From NCBI GenBank assembly GCA_050953065.1, contig JBMNLZ010000001.1:224001-288000 (forward strand): a DNA stretch of 64,000 nt, in the 5' to 3' direction. Of the stretch, positions 22,674 to 33,941 are shown piece by piece. The position numbers and the translations under genes are program-made. Within the stretch, counting starts at the first letter, position 1. Each line of letters opens with the position of its first letter. The notes below the pieces were generated by a model that was not told the DNA's origin, searched no databases, and saw only the letters and a list, made by a program, of their open reading frames with translations. The stretch comes from Bacilli bacterium (GTDB taxonomy: Bacteria > Bacillota_I > Bacilli_A > ML615J-28 > CAG-698).

Positions 22674-25094
22674 TTAGATCCTCTTTATGTTCCAAATATT
22701 TTCAGCATATTCTTTGATACTTCTATCAGCTGAAAAGATACCTGCTCTAGCGATATTCATTAATGAGGCTTTATTCCACTTAGTTTTATCTTTGTATAAT
22801 TCATCCATTTTATAGTGTGCTTCTAAGTAACTATCAAAATCAGCTAAACACATATATGGATCTGCTTGTGGATAACGATTTAATAAATAATCAGTAATAT
22901 GAGCAAAAGACTGACCATTAAAACCTTGATTTAATCTATTTAAAACTTTTCTAATTTTTTCATTGCTATTAAAGTAATCATATGGATTATAACCTTTTTC
23001 ATAGATTTTCTTCACTTCTTCTGATTTCAATCCAAAGATAAAGATATTTTCACCATCTAAGTTTTCGTTCATTTCAACATTCGCACCATCTAAAGTACCT
23101 AATGTCAATGCACCATTAATCATAAACTTCATATTACCGGTACCACTAGCCTCTTTCCCAGCCAATGAAATTTGTTCACTTACCTCACTTGCAGGCATTA
23201 ATTTTTCAGCGGTTGTAACACAGTAATTTTCCGTAAATATTACGTTTAATCTTTCTCTAATTTCAGGTCGTTTTTCAATTTCCTTTGACAAACAATAAAT
23301 CAACTGAATAACTTGTTTGGCAGCTAAATACGAAGGCGCAGCTTTAGCACCAAATATGAAAGTTTGCGGTGTAAAATCTACATTGTAATTTTCTTCAAGT
23401 TGAGTTAATAAATAAACTATTTTTAAAACATTGAGTAATTGTCTTTTATATTCATGTAATCTTTTTACTTGAACATCAAATCTTGTTTTAGGATCAATTA
23501 CAATTCCTTCTTTTTTGTATAAATATTTAGCAAAATCACATTTGTTTTTATATTTAATTTCTTCTAATCTTTCTAATACTTCTTTATCATCTATAAATTT
23601 TTCAAATTTTTTAAGATGAACTGCATCTTTATAAAAATCATGCCCTATTTTTTCTTCTAATAATTGATTTAACGAAGGATTTGATTGACAAAGCCAACGT
23701 CTATAAGCAATACCGTTTGTTACATTAGTAAATTTCTCAGGTGTCATCTTATAATATCCATTAAAAATACTGTCTTTAATAATATTACTATGTAGTCCAG
23801 AAACACCATTTACTTTGTGAGAAGCTATAACACATAAATTAGCCATATGTACTTTATCATTAGAAAAAACAGCTAGATTATCTATATCACCATTTTTTAC
23901 ACCCAAGCACCTAGCTTCATCTCGGAATTTTCTATCAATTTGTTGTAAAATCACATAAATTCTTGGAAGTTTTTCTCTTATGATAAATTCTTCCCATTTT
24001 TCTAAGGCTTCAGCCATAATAGTATGGTTAGTGTAAGCAACAGTTTTGGTTACTATTTCCCAAGATTCATCCCAACCTAGTTGGAAATCATCAATCAAAA
24101 TTCTCATAAGTTCAGGAATACACAATGCTGGATGTGTATCATTAATATGAATTGCAACATGTTTTGGTAGGCTTCTTATATCACCATAGTTTTTAAAATG
24201 ATCAGTAATGATACTTTGAATTGAAGCACTAACTAAAAAATATTGTTGTTTTAATCTCAATACCTTTCCTTCATAATGTTCATTTGCAGGATATAAAACT
24301 TTTGTAATTAATTCTGCATCATTATATTCTCTCATCGCTTTTATATAATCACCTTGCGAAAAAGAGTTAATATCAAAAGTGTGTACGTTCCTACTTCTCC
24401 ACAAACGTAATGCACTTACAGCTTCGCTTTCAGCACCTGGAACCATCATATCATATGGTATTGCCTCTACTTCATTATAATTTTTATAGTCATAATATGT
24501 TTTACCATTAATATGTCTTTCAACAATTTCACCATCAAATTTAACAGTGAAAACTTTATCTGTTCTAATAGTTAGCCAAACATCACCTGCTGGTAACCAA
24601 ACATCTGGAGTTTCAGTTTGCCATCCATTATGGTCAATTTTTTGTTTAAAAAAACCATACTCATAACGCAAAGAAAAACCAGTTGCAGGATATTGTAAAC
24701 TTGATAATGCATCTAAAAAACACGCTCCTAGTCTTCCTAGTCCGCCATTTCCAAGTCCTGCATCCGGTTCATATTCACATAGGTCTTCAATAGTAAAACC
24801 AATACCTTGAACCACTTCTTCAACTGCATCAAAAAGCCCTAAATTACTTATATTATTTCTCAAAGACTTACCCATTAAAAATTCCATGCTTAAATAATAC
24901 ACTCTTTTAGCTTTTTTTGTTTTTACTTTTGTGTTGAATTCCCTTCTTTTTCTTCTCATTATATCATTAATTGTAGTTGCTAAAGCTTTATAAACTTCTT
25001 CAGGTTTTGCTTCACTAATAGAAATTTCAAACAATTTATTTAAATTTTCTTCTAGCAACTCTCTTATTTTTGTTGAATCATAGATCGTCCCCAT
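22674..25094 (-). CDS. glgP: glycogen phosphorylase
   Basis: GNGGLGRL, NDTHP, KRLHEYKRQ, EASGTGNMK PLP site. Confidence 0.98.
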   Translation of the reverse strand: MGTIYDSTKIRELLEENLNKLFEISISEAKPEEVYKALATTINDIMRRKRREFNTKVKTKKAKRVYYLSMEFLMGKSLRNNISNLGLFDAVEEVVQGIGFTIEDLCEYEPDAGLGNGGLGRLGACFLDALSSLQYPATGFSLRYEYGFFKQKIDHNGWQTETPDVWLPAGDVWLTIRTDKVFTVKFDGEIVERHINGKTYYDYKNYNEVEAIPYDMMVPGAESEAVSALRLWRSRNVHTFDINSFSQGDYIKAMREYNDAELITKVLYPANEHYEGKVLRLKQQYFLVSASIQSIITDHFKNYGDIRSLPKHVAIHINDTHPALCIPELMRILIDDFQLGWDESWEIVTKTVAYTNHTIMAEALEKWEEFIIREKLPRIYVILQQIDRKFRDEARCLGVKNGDIDNLAVFSNDKVHMANLCVIASHKVNGVSGLHSNIIKDSIFNGYYKMTPEKFTNVTNGIAYRRWLCQSNPSLNQLLEEKIGHDFYKDAVHLKKFEKFIDDKEVLERLEEIKYKNKCDFAKYLYKKEGIVIDPKTRFDVQVKRLHEYKRQLLNVLKIVYLLTQLEENYNVDFTPQTFIFGAKAAPSYLAAKQVIQLIYCLSKEIEKRPEIRERLNVIFTENYCVTTAEKLMPASEVSEQISLAGKEASGTGNMKFMINGALTLGTLDGANVEMNENLDGENIFIFGLKSEEVKKIYEKGYNPYDYFNSNEKIRKVLNRLNQGFNGQSFAHITDYLLNRYPQADPYMCLADFDSYLEAHYKMDELYKDKTKWNKASLMNIARAGIFSADRSIKEYAENIWNIKRI

Positions 25095-26536
25095 TATTTC
25101 GCTCCTTTTTTCTTTAGTAATTCATTATATTTTGCTATATATTCCTTGCTGGATCTATTCCAACTAAAATCAACTGACATAGCTTTTTTTATTAATTTTT
25201 TAAAATCTTCCTTTTTATTAAATACACCAACTGCTTCAGTTATTTTTGCAAGCATTTGTGAAGAATCATAATCTTTAAAAACAAACCCGTTTCCATCTTT
25301 TTCACTGTAATCTTTAATTGTATCAAATAATCCACCAGTAGCTCTAACTATTGGAACACAACCATAGCGTGATGCAATCATTTGACTCAAACCACAAGGT
25401 TCCATTTTAGAAGGCATTAAAAACAAATCACTACCACTATAAATTCGTTTTGATAGATCCATGTCATATGTTATTAAAGCACTAACTCTTTTAGGATAAA
25501 ATCTTGCCATTTCTTGGAATCTTTGTTCATAATAATAATCACCTTTACCTAAAATTATTACTTGTACATTATCAAGCATAATTTCATGAAATTTATCCAA
25601 AATTAAATCAATCCCTTTATGACTAGCAAGTCTAGAAATAATACTTATAATACAAATATCATCGTTAACTTCTAAATCTAGCCCCATTTGTAATGCTTTT
25701 TTATTTTCTTTTCTTTTTTCAATAGAATCAATATCAAAATTAGCATTAATACTTTGATCAGTCATCGGATTATAAAACTCTGTATTTATACCATTAATAA
25801 TTCCAACGATTTTACTACTATTTAAACGAATTATGTATTCTAACCCACAAGCATATTGAGAAAGAGCTATCTCTCTTGCATATCTTGGACTTACTGTAGT
25901 AATTAAATCACTACATACAATAGCACCTTTCACAAGATTAATATCACCATTATACATCAATAAATCAGTATATTTTTTAGAAATTCCAAAGACATCTTCT
26001 AAAATATGTTCACCAAATCTACCTTGATATTCAATGTTATGAATTGTAAAAACAGATTTAATATCCATATACTTGCCTTCTTTTTTATATAAAATGTCTA
26101 AAAAGATATTAACTAAAGCTGTATGCCAATCATGTGTATGAATAACATCTGGTTGGTTAGTTAGCAAAGGTAAAACATCTATTACACTTTTTGAGAAAAA
26201 TGCAAATCTCTCACCATCATCATAATGTCCATAAATATTATCTCTATCAAAATAATATTTATTATCTATAAAATAATAAGTTACACCTTCATAAACCATG
26301 CGAAACAAACCACAATACAACTTACGCCAAGCAAGTTGAATTTGTGATTTACCCAAAAATTTTAATTTTTTACCGTATTTTTCTAAAATTCCACGGTATA
26401 AAGGCATAATTACTTCTACTTTATAATTTGTATTAGAGGCCATTATTGCCTTAGGTAAAGAGCCAGCAACTTCTGCAAGCCCACCTGTTGCTATAAACGG
26501 TTGACACTCAGCAACCGCAAATAATATTCTTTTCAT
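25094..26536 (-). CDS. glgA: glycogen synthase
   Basis: TGGLA.V, HDWH, EPCGLSQM. Start refined to ATG 26536. Confidence 0.96.
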   Translation of the reverse strand: MKRILFAVAECQPFIATGGLAEVAGSLPKAIMASNTNYKVEVIMPLYRGILEKYGKKLKFLGKSQIQLAWRKLYCGLFRMVYEGVTYYFIDNKYYFDRDNIYGHYDDGERFAFFSKSVIDVLPLLTNQPDVIHTHDWHTALVNIFLDILYKKEGKYMDIKSVFTIHNIEYQGRFGEHILEDVFGISKKYTDLLMYNGDINLVKGAIVCSDLITTVSPRYAREIALSQYACGLEYIIRLNSSKIVGIINGINTEFYNPMTDQSINANFDIDSIEKRKENKKALQMGLDLEVNDDICIISIISRLASHKGIDLILDKFHEIMLDNVQVIILGKGDYYYEQRFQEMARFYPKRVSALITYDMDLSKRIYSGSDLFLMPSKMEPCGLSQMIASRYGCVPIVRATGGLFDTIKDYSEKDGNGFVFKDYDSSQMLAKITEAVGVFNKKEDFKKLIKKAMSVDFSWNRSSKEYIAKYNELLKKKGAK

Positions 26537-26557
26537 ATTAATCACCTCTTAGAAAAA

Positions 26558-27679
26558 TTAAATACTAGCATCTTTTTTTACATATATAAGATGGTTCGCA
26601 CTTCCTTTTATTTCTTTCTTGTTATGAATTTTTACATTTTTATCAGTTACAACATATTCAATTGTTGTGTTATCTGAAACTTCAGTATCTTGATTTAAAA
26701 TTGAATTTTTGATAACTGTTCCTTTTCCAACTTTTACACCTCTAAATAAAATTGAATTTTCAACAGTTCCATCAATGATACAACCATCAGCAATTAATGA
26801 ATTAGTAATTTTAGCGTTTTGACAATAAAGTGTAGGCGCAGAATCTCGAACTTTTGTATAAATTGATCTTCCCTTAACTTCAAACAATTCTTGGCGAACT
26901 TCTTTTTTCAACAATTGCATATTAACATCATAATAACTTTGTAAACTACTAATATTTCCAAAGTAACCTGAAAACTTATAACCATATATTTTTAAATTAT
27001 TGACATTTTGTCTTAAAATATCTTTACTAAAACTTTGAGAATTAAAATTCATTGCATCTAGAACTAAACTTACTAATAATTCTCTTTTCAATACCCATAT
27101 ATCAGCTGAAACATTAGCCTCTTCATTGACAGTATCAACGATATCTATACTAACAACCCTTTTATTAGGAGCTAATACAAATGTGTTAGCTGGAAAATAG
27201 TATGAATCATTTGTGATTTTTTGAGTACGATAAACACAAGTTATGTCTGCATTCTTTTGAATATGAAAATCTATTAAATCAGAAAAATCAAAATTGCACA
27301 CATGGTAGCAGTCAGTCAATATAACATATTCTTCTTTAGCATTATTAATAAAACTAATTATTCTTTTCAAAGCTTCAAGCCTAGTATTATAAATTGTATC
27401 TTCGTTTATTCCATAAGGTGGTAAAATTACTAACCCACCAGTTTTTCTCGCTAAGTCCCATTCTTTTCCAGAACCTACATGGTCCATTAAAGATTGAAAA
27501 TTGCTTTTTGTAATTACGCCAATATGATTAACACCATGATTAACTAAACTTGATAATGTAAAATCAATCAATCTATATCTTCCGCCAATAGGTGCAGAAG
27601 CAATAGTTCTAACTTGAGTTATTTCAAAAACTTCTTTACTATGTATATTTGAAAAAATTATTCCTAAAATCGATGCCAT
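26558..27679 (-). CDS. glgD: glucose-1-phosphate adenylyltransferase regulatory subunit
   Basis: GRYRLIDFTLS, DHVGSGKEWDLARK; lacks the catalytic LAGG motif; follows glgC. Confidence 0.95.
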   Translation of the reverse strand: MASILGIIFSNIHSKEVFEITQVRTIASAPIGGRYRLIDFTLSSLVNHGVNHIGVITKSNFQSLMDHVGSGKEWDLARKTGGLVILPPYGINEDTIYNTRLEALKRIISFINNAKEEYVILTDCYHVCNFDFSDLIDFHIQKNADITCVYRTQKITNDSYYFPANTFVLAPNKRVVSIDIVDTVNEEANVSADIWVLKRELLVSLVLDAMNFNSQSFSKDILRQNVNNLKIYGYKFSGYFGNISSLQSYYDVNMQLLKKEVRQELFEVKGRSIYTKVRDSAPTLYCQNAKITNSLIADGCIIDGTVENSILFRGVKVGKGTVIKNSILNQDTEVSDNTTIEYVVTDKNVKIHNKKEIKGSANHLIYVKKDASI

Positions 27680-27682
27680 AAT

Positions 27683-28879
27683 TTATTCTCCTTTAATAGT
27701 GCTATCAACGATAGCTCCTGGTAATACTTTTGCTTTTGATTCTACTTCTACAAAACTGCCTATTACAGTTATTTTATTTGTTTCTTCTTTTGGCGCTCCC
27801 ACTATAGCTTTTTTACCAATTATTACATCTTGATCTACAATACTATAGTTTACAACTGCACCACTTTCAATTATAGTATTTTCAAAAATTACACTATCTT
27901 TAACAACAGCCCCCTTAGCAACCTTAACATTACATGAAAGCAATGAATTTATAACAGTTCCCTCGACCAAGCAACCTTCAGTAATTAAAGAATTTTCTAT
28001 CGTGCTACTCTCACCAATAAATTGTGGAGGATATGCATCATTTCTTGAAAGGATTCTCCAATTTGAATCTTGTAAGTTAACTTCAGAATTAACGCCTAAT
28101 AAGTCCATGTTAGCTTCCCATAAACTCGTAATTGTACCTACATCTCTCCAATAGCCTTGGAAAGTATATGCATATAAATTAAGTCCATCTTTTAGCATTT
28201 TTGGAATTATATTTTTACCAAAGTCATTATCTGATGTTACATCATTTTCATCTTCTTCTAAATACTTATACATTACATCAGCTGAAAAAATATAAACTCC
28301 CATTGATGCTTTTGTGCTTTTTGGTTTTTTAGGTTTTTCTTCAAACTCATTTATTTTCATATTTGCGTCGGTATTCATAATTCCGAATCTACTTGCTTCA
28401 CTTAAAGGAACATCAATTACTGCAATTGTACAGTCAGCTTTATTTGCTTTATGGAATCTAAGCATTTTACTATAATCCATTTTATAAATATGGTCTCCAG
28501 ATAATATCAAAACATATTCAGGATTATATCTGCGAATAAAATTAATATTTTGATATATAGCATTAGCCGTTCCTTTATACCAGTCTGTTTTATCTTTTCC
28601 TTGATAAGGAGATAGAATATGCACACCTCCAAAAACTCTATCTAAGTCCCATGGTTGTCCATTTCCTATATAATCATTCAATATTAAAGGTTGATACTGA
28701 GTTAAAACTCCGACAGTATCAATATTTGAATGAATACAATTTGATAAAGGGAAATCAATAATTCGGTACTTTGCACCAAATGAAACGGCTGGTTTAGCAA
28801 GCCTATTAGTAAGTACAAGTAATCTACTTCCTTGTCCACCTGCTAAAAGCATCGCTACACATTCTTTTTTATTTAACAT
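27683..28879 (-). CDS. glgC: glucose-1-phosphate adenylyltransferase
   Basis: [40 protein letters not shown]. Confidence 0.97.
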   Translation of the reverse strand: MLNKKECVAMLLAGGQGSRLLVLTNRLAKPAVSFGAKYRIIDFPLSNCIHSNIDTVGVLTQYQPLILNDYIGNGQPWDLDRVFGGVHILSPYQGKDKTDWYKGTANAIYQNINFIRRYNPEYVLILSGDHIYKMDYSKMLRFHKANKADCTIAVIDVPLSEASRFGIMNTDANMKINEFEEKPKKPKSTKASMGVYIFSADVMYKYLEEDENDVTSDNDFGKNIIPKMLKDGLNLYAYTFQGYWRDVGTITSLWEANMDLLGVNSEVNLQDSNWRILSRNDAYPPQFIGESSTIENSLITEGCLVEGTVINSLLSCNVKVAKGAVVKDSVIFENTIIESGAVVNYSIVDQDVIIGKKAIVGAPKEETNKITVIGSFVEVESKAKVLPGAIVDSTIKGE

Positions 28880-28888
28880 ACATTTTTT

Positions 28889-28912
28889 TCACATGTACTT
28901 TTGTACATGTGA
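28889..28912. promoter_or_regulatory. perfect 10-bp inverted repeat between the SD and the glgC start
   Basis: TCACATGTAC-TTTT-GTACATGTGA. Confidence 0.6.
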
Positions 28913-28930
28913 CTCTCCTTTCAATTATTT

Positions 28931-30790
28931 TTATATTTTTTTAAATATTACTATAGATAAAGCTGGTATTGTAATCGAAATTGAAGTATCAAAACCATGA
29001 ATTGAGAAGTTTTGTGTAGAAATAACTTTTGTATTTAGATGACCATAGCCACCATACTTTACATCATCACTATTAAAAACTTCTTTATATTTCCCCGCTG
29101 GAACCCCTAAAAAATAATTTTCACAATTAAGTCCTGAAAAATTGATAGCTATTACTAATTCATCTTTATTTTTATTTATTCTACGATAACTAATACAGTT
29201 ATTATTACTATCATCACAAGCTATCCATTTAAAACCATCCCATGAATAATCATCTTCCCACAAGCAGTTATTACTTAAATAGAACTTATTCAAATTTTTA
29301 ACGTAAGTTTGCATTTCTTTATGAGCTTCATATTGAAGTAATAACCAATCGATTTCTTTACTATGATCCCATTCAATAAATTGTCCAAATTCTTGACCCA
29401 TAAACAATAATTTCTTTCCTGGGTGTGTCATCATATATCCTAAAAAAGCTCTTAAATTAGCAAATTTTTGTTCGTATGTTCCTGGCATTTTATCCAACAA
29501 AGATTTTTTACCATGTACTACCTCATCGTGAGAGATAGGTAATATAAAGTTCTCACTAAATGCATAATGTAAAGAAAAAGTTAATTTATTATGTTCATAT
29601 TTTCTAAAAATCGGGTCAGTTTGAAAATAACGTAAAACATCATTCATCCATCCCATATTCCATTTAAAATTAAATCCTAAACCATTTAAATAAACTGGCT
29701 TAGTTACATTTGCAAAATCCGTAGACTCCTCGGCAATCATCATTACATTTGGATAATATTTAAATACCTCTGTGTTTAAAGTTTTAAAAAAATCAATAGC
29801 TTCTAAATTATGATTCCCACCAAAAACATTTGGTCGCCACTCTTTTCTATCATAATCTAGATATAACATAGATGCTACTGCATCAACTCTTAAACCATCT
29901 ATATGAAATTTATCAAACAAAAACATAGCATTTGATATTAAAAATGATTTAACTTCACATCTTGCATAATTAAAAACTCTAGTCCCCCAAGTTTTATGTT
30001 CCATTTTTAAAGGATCAGAATATTCATAAACATAAGAACCATCAAATTCACATAAACCATGTTCATCCTTTGGAAAATGAGCCGGAACCCAATCCATAAT
30101 TACACCAATGCCATTTTGATGTGCTATATCAACAAATTCCATAAATTCGATTGGCAAGCCATATCTAGAAGTAATACTATAATAGCCAGTAACTTGATAT
30201 CCCCACGAGCCATCATAAGGATATTCCATTAATGGCATAACCTCAACATGAGTATAACCCATTTGTTTAACATACGGAATTAACTCTTCAGCCATTTTTT
30301 TATAGTCAAAATAATCATTTGACTTAAAACGACGCCAAGAACCAAAATGTACTTCATAAATATTAATCGGTTTTTGAAAAATTGAATTACTAGCTCTCGA
30401 TTTCATCCATTCATAATCATTCCAGTGATATTGATCCAAATTATAAATCTTTGAACATGTAGCACCTCTGGTTTCGTTATGAAAACTATATGGGTCTTGT
30501 TTGTATAATTTTTTATTTTTTGATTCTATTGCGTATTTATAATTATCAAACTCTCTTAGTCCTTCTATCTTTATCTCCCATAGCCCTTCGTTAGTTATTT
30601 TTTTCATAACGTTAGTATTTTCATTCCAACCATTAAAATCACCAACTACTGAAACTTTATAAGCATTTGGAGCAAACACTCTAAAGATAGTTTTACTAAC
30701 TCCATCTTCTTCTGCAATATGCGCACCTAAATATTTATATGCATCAACTACATAATTATGATGAAAATTATTTGTAAAGTTAGTATCCAT
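28931..30790 (-). CDS. glgB: 1,4-alpha-glucan branching enzyme
   Basis: SWGYQV, DWVPAHFP, GLRVDAVASM, AEEST, SHDEVVHGK. Confidence 0.97.
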   Translation of the reverse strand: MDTNFTNNFHHNYVVDAYKYLGAHIAEEDGVSKTIFRVFAPNAYKVSVVGDFNGWNENTNVMKKITNEGLWEIKIEGLREFDNYKYAIESKNKKLYKQDPYSFHNETRGATCSKIYNLDQYHWNDYEWMKSRASNSIFQKPINIYEVHFGSWRRFKSNDYFDYKKMAEELIPYVKQMGYTHVEVMPLMEYPYDGSWGYQVTGYYSITSRYGLPIEFMEFVDIAHQNGIGVIMDWVPAHFPKDEHGLCEFDGSYVYEYSDPLKMEHKTWGTRVFNYARCEVKSFLISNAMFLFDKFHIDGLRVDAVASMLYLDYDRKEWRPNVFGGNHNLEAIDFFKTLNTEVFKYYPNVMMIAEESTDFANVTKPVYLNGLGFNFKWNMGWMNDVLRYFQTDPIFRKYEHNKLTFSLHYAFSENFILPISHDEVVHGKKSLLDKMPGTYEQKFANLRAFLGYMMTHPGKKLLFMGQEFGQFIEWDHSKEIDWLLLQYEAHKEMQTYVKNLNKFYLSNNCLWEDDYSWDGFKWIACDDSNNNCISYRRINKNKDELVIAINFSGLNCENYFLGVPAGKYKEVFNSDDVKYGGYGHLNTKVISTQNFSIHGFDTSISITIPALSIVIFKKI

Positions 30791-30864
30791 AATCCACCTC
30801 TTTTACTTATTATATTATAGTTTTGCATTTTTTACAACTAAAAAAACGAGCTTTTACACTTTTC

Positions 30865-32499
30865 TTACGCAAAGCAACTTTCACCTATAAATTCTCTTAA
30901 TAAAGAATTGCACGGAACCAATTTATCATCTATATCTTTAAAATACTTTAAAAACTTAACCAATCTATTGGCAGAAACAAAATATTTATCTGATCTATTA
31001 ATAGATTCTAATACAGGAAGTGCATATTTTTTGATAACACATAGTTCATAAGTTAATTCAGTATTAAAAATATAATCAGCTGTTTCTTGCCATGGATAAA
31101 TCCATCTGAATTCTCCTCTTCTAACTGAAGACCACATCGAAAATGTTGCACTAGGGTGTGTTTTTCTAAATTTTTCATCTCTGACAATTCTTCTTAACAT
31201 TCTTATATCCGTAGCATTTATTGGATTATGATTATCTATATTTATTTGAGATAATGGACTTATATATATTTTAAACTTTTGATGTTTAGGAATTGAAGCA
31301 GTTAACTCTTCATTTAAAGCATGAATTCCTTCAATTATTATTGGTTGATTACTTTTAATTCTAACTTTCTTACCTTTTACTCTTTTTCCACTTACAAAAT
31401 CAAATTTAGGTAATTCCACATCCTCCCCCTTAATCAAAGATAATAAATCATTATTAAACTTTTCAACATCTAAGGCATGTAAATGTTCTAAATCAGGTTT
31501 CCCGTGTTCATCAAGTGGAGCTAAATTTCGATCTAAATAATAATCATCCATAGAAATCTTAATAGGTTTAATCCCCCTAGTCATAAGTTCAATTCTTAAT
31601 CTATTAGAAAAAGTAGTTTTTCCAGATGAAGATGGACCAGCAATTGCAATAATTCTAATATTATCAATATTATCTTTAATTTTCATACCTAAATCAGCTA
31701 ACATATTATTATGCTTTGTTTCGCATAAGTTAACCAAATCAACCATATTATTATTATTTATATATTTATTTAATTTAGGAATAGTATTACAATCCATATC
31801 ATCAGACCATTTTTGAGCATCTACTAACATCTTACCAAAAATAGGCGAATCTTCAAAAGGAGGAATTTCACCCTTTGCTTCAGCTCTTGGAAACTGCACT
31901 ATAAAATTTGAACCATACATTTTAAGTTTGTATTTTTTTAAATATCCAGTAGAAGCAACCATATAACCAAACATATAATTTTCATACCCATCACATTCAT
32001 ACAAATTGACTGTATCTTCAACCCTATATTTTAAAACTTCAATTTTATCAAAATATCCTTTTTCAGAATATAATTTTGTAGCTTCTTTTTTAGTTATTTT
32101 TTTTCTTCTAATAGGAATATCTTTTTCAACAATCTTTTTAAGTTCAAGTTCAAGTTTTTCTAAAAACTTAACATCTATTTTATCTTGATAATTTAATATC
32201 TCACAAGAAATAGATCTTGAAACACATTGATTAAATTTAATTTGAATTCCAGGAATCATCCTTTCCAACACCATAATTATGATATATCTCATACTTGTCT
32301 CATAACAACGGACAGCATCAAAATCATTTAAATCTAAAAATTCAATTTCACAATCATAATTAACATAATAAGATAACTCACGCATTCTATTATTTACTTT
32401 TGCTACGTAAGCTTCAATTTTTAATTCTTTAGCAATATCACCTAAAAGCATATTGCTTTCATATTTTAAAGTCTTTCCATGGACTTTTACTTCATACAT
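30865..32499 (-). CDS. nucleoside (uridine) kinase family protein with N-terminal TGS/ThrRS-editing-like domains
   Basis: AGPSSSGKTT P-loop, SMDDYY, EGIHALN, RRIVRD, SVRRGE; N-terminal AKVNN TGS-like segment. Confidence 0.88.
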   Translation of the reverse strand: MYEVKVHGKTLKYESNMLLGDIAKELKIEAYVAKVNNRMRELSYYVNYDCEIEFLDLNDFDAVRCYETSMRYIIIMVLERMIPGIQIKFNQCVSRSISCEILNYQDKIDVKFLEKLELELKKIVEKDIPIRRKKITKKEATKLYSEKGYFDKIEVLKYRVEDTVNLYECDGYENYMFGYMVASTGYLKKYKLKMYGSNFIVQFPRAEAKGEIPPFEDSPIFGKMLVDAQKWSDDMDCNTIPKLNKYINNNNMVDLVNLCETKHNNMLADLGMKIKDNIDNIRIIAIAGPSSSGKTTFSNRLRIELMTRGIKPIKISMDDYYLDRNLAPLDEHGKPDLEHLHALDVEKFNNDLLSLIKGEDVELPKFDFVSGKRVKGKKVRIKSNQPIIIEGIHALNEELTASIPKHQKFKIYISPLSQINIDNHNPINATDIRMLRRIVRDEKFRKTHPSATFSMWSSVRRGEFRWIYPWQETADYIFNTELTYELCVIKKYALPVLESINRSDKYFVSANRLVKFLKYFKDIDDKLVPCNSLLREFIGESCFA

Positions 32500-33863
32500 A
32501 ATTCTTCCTCTTCTTTCTTTTCTTCTTGCTCAATATGTATTTCTTCTTCTTTTTCTCCTTTATATCTCTCTTCTTGTTGTTCAATTCCTACTAATAACAG
32601 TATTAAAAGAACCATAGCAAGAACATTTAAAAAGACCGCTTCAAAAAAACCTAATATTATAAATGCAATTAATATATACAGTACTATTTTATTATATACC
32701 GTACCTTTCCCAACTGATTTAAAAACAGTGAACAAAAAATAAATAAAGCATCCAACTCCAACAAGACCAAGTGAAGATAAAATTCGAACAATTGAATTAC
32801 TATAAAAGAAGCTATTACCAAGTCCGGATGTTATATCTTCAATAAAATAATGCGATGTAAATACTCCTGTGCCATAAATTGGATTAAGTAAAAATATATC
32901 CATTCCTTTATAAAATGCAATATCTAAATTTTCAAAATTAACAGTTTTATCAGATAATCTTTCGATTACTGATCCTACTATATCAAATGGTATCCCAACC
33001 AATAAAATCACACAAAGTACTGTCATTAAAGTGATAGTTGTAAACCTAATTAATTTGTTTTTATTTTCAAAGTCCTTACTTATATGTAGAATAAATGGAA
33101 TTATTAGGACTAAAAAAACAATATAAATACCTCGTGTCATAAAAAACAGGAAAAATATAATAAATATATTAATCAATATAGGAAGAATAATGCTATTAGT
33201 TTTTTGTGAAAACTCTCCTATAATAATAAATAATACTATTAAAAAAATAGTTGAAATAGTAGGAAAACTTCCCCATCCAAGAGTAAAATCATTATTAATA
33301 AAGTTCTGAAAATTTCCCATCAAAAACAAAGAAATCAATGTTTCTACAATTATAGCAAAAGCTAATGCAATAAAGTTTATTAATAATGTATTTTTATATT
33401 TTTGATTATCTAAAGTTAAAACTGAAGAAAAATAGAAAAATATACTTAATAATAAAACCATTTGTAGGATACCAGTCAAACTATGAATTAATAATGTAGT
33501 TCTTAAAGTTGAACTAATCGTTGCTAACACCCACATTAAAAGGCCAAAGAAAATATAATTAAACTTGTATTTTTTGTTTTTAATTAGGTCATAAATAAAA
33601 ATTGGTAATAATAATAGCATCATTATCCCAAAGGTTATAATATGTGCTTCAATTTGCTCTAATTGAAAACAAATTAGTCCCGCTATTAATATTGAAATTA
33701 GTTTCATACGGTCTAAGTCTAACAAAATTATAACATAAACAAATACAATCGCTATTGGAGTATAGATATAGATAGTCTCTAAAGTCCAGTTAATTATAGA
33801 TAACCCCATTAAAAAATATACAAACTTATTACTATCAATAAAATCTAAAATTTTTTCTCGCAT
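32487..33863 (-). CDS. polytopic membrane protein, O-antigen ligase/Wzy-like
   Basis: About 12 TM segments; MTRG, loop with NPIYGTG, S.LGLVG. Confidence 0.6.
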   Translation of the reverse strand: MREKILDFIDSNKFVYFLMGLSIINWTLETIYIYTPIAIVFVYVIILLDLDRMKLISILIAGLICFQLEQIEAHIITFGIMMLLLLPIFIYDLIKNKKYKFNYIFFGLLMWVLATISSTLRTTLLIHSLTGILQMVLLLSIFFYFSSVLTLDNQKYKNTLLINFIALAFAIIVETLISLFLMGNFQNFINNDFTLGWGSFPTISTIFLIVLFIIIGEFSQKTNSIILPILINIFIIFFLFFMTRGIYIVFLVLIIPFILHISKDFENKNKLIRFTTITLMTVLCVILLVGIPFDIVGSVIERLSDKTVNFENLDIAFYKGMDIFLLNPIYGTGVFTSHYFIEDITSGLGNSFFYSNSIVRILSSLGLVGVGCFIYFLFTVFKSVGKGTVYNKIVLYILIAFIILGFFEAVFLNVLAMVLLILLLVGIEQQEERYKGEKEEEIHIEQEEKKEEEELCMK

Positions 33864-33902
33864 ATTCTTACACCTTATATAATTGTATCATATTTCAATT
33901 TA

Positions 33903-33933
33903 AAAAAAAAGTCAAACTCATTCAAGTTTGACT
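33903..33933 (-). terminator. terminator downstream of rplT
   Basis: AGTCAAACT-n-AGTTTGACT followed by a long T-run on the minus strand. Confidence 0.85.
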
Positions 33934-33941
33934 ATATAAAA

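Noticed and set aside
30865-32499. ThrRS-like N-terminus fused to a uridine kinase
   Set aside because: A known, widespread architecture in anaerobic bacteria.
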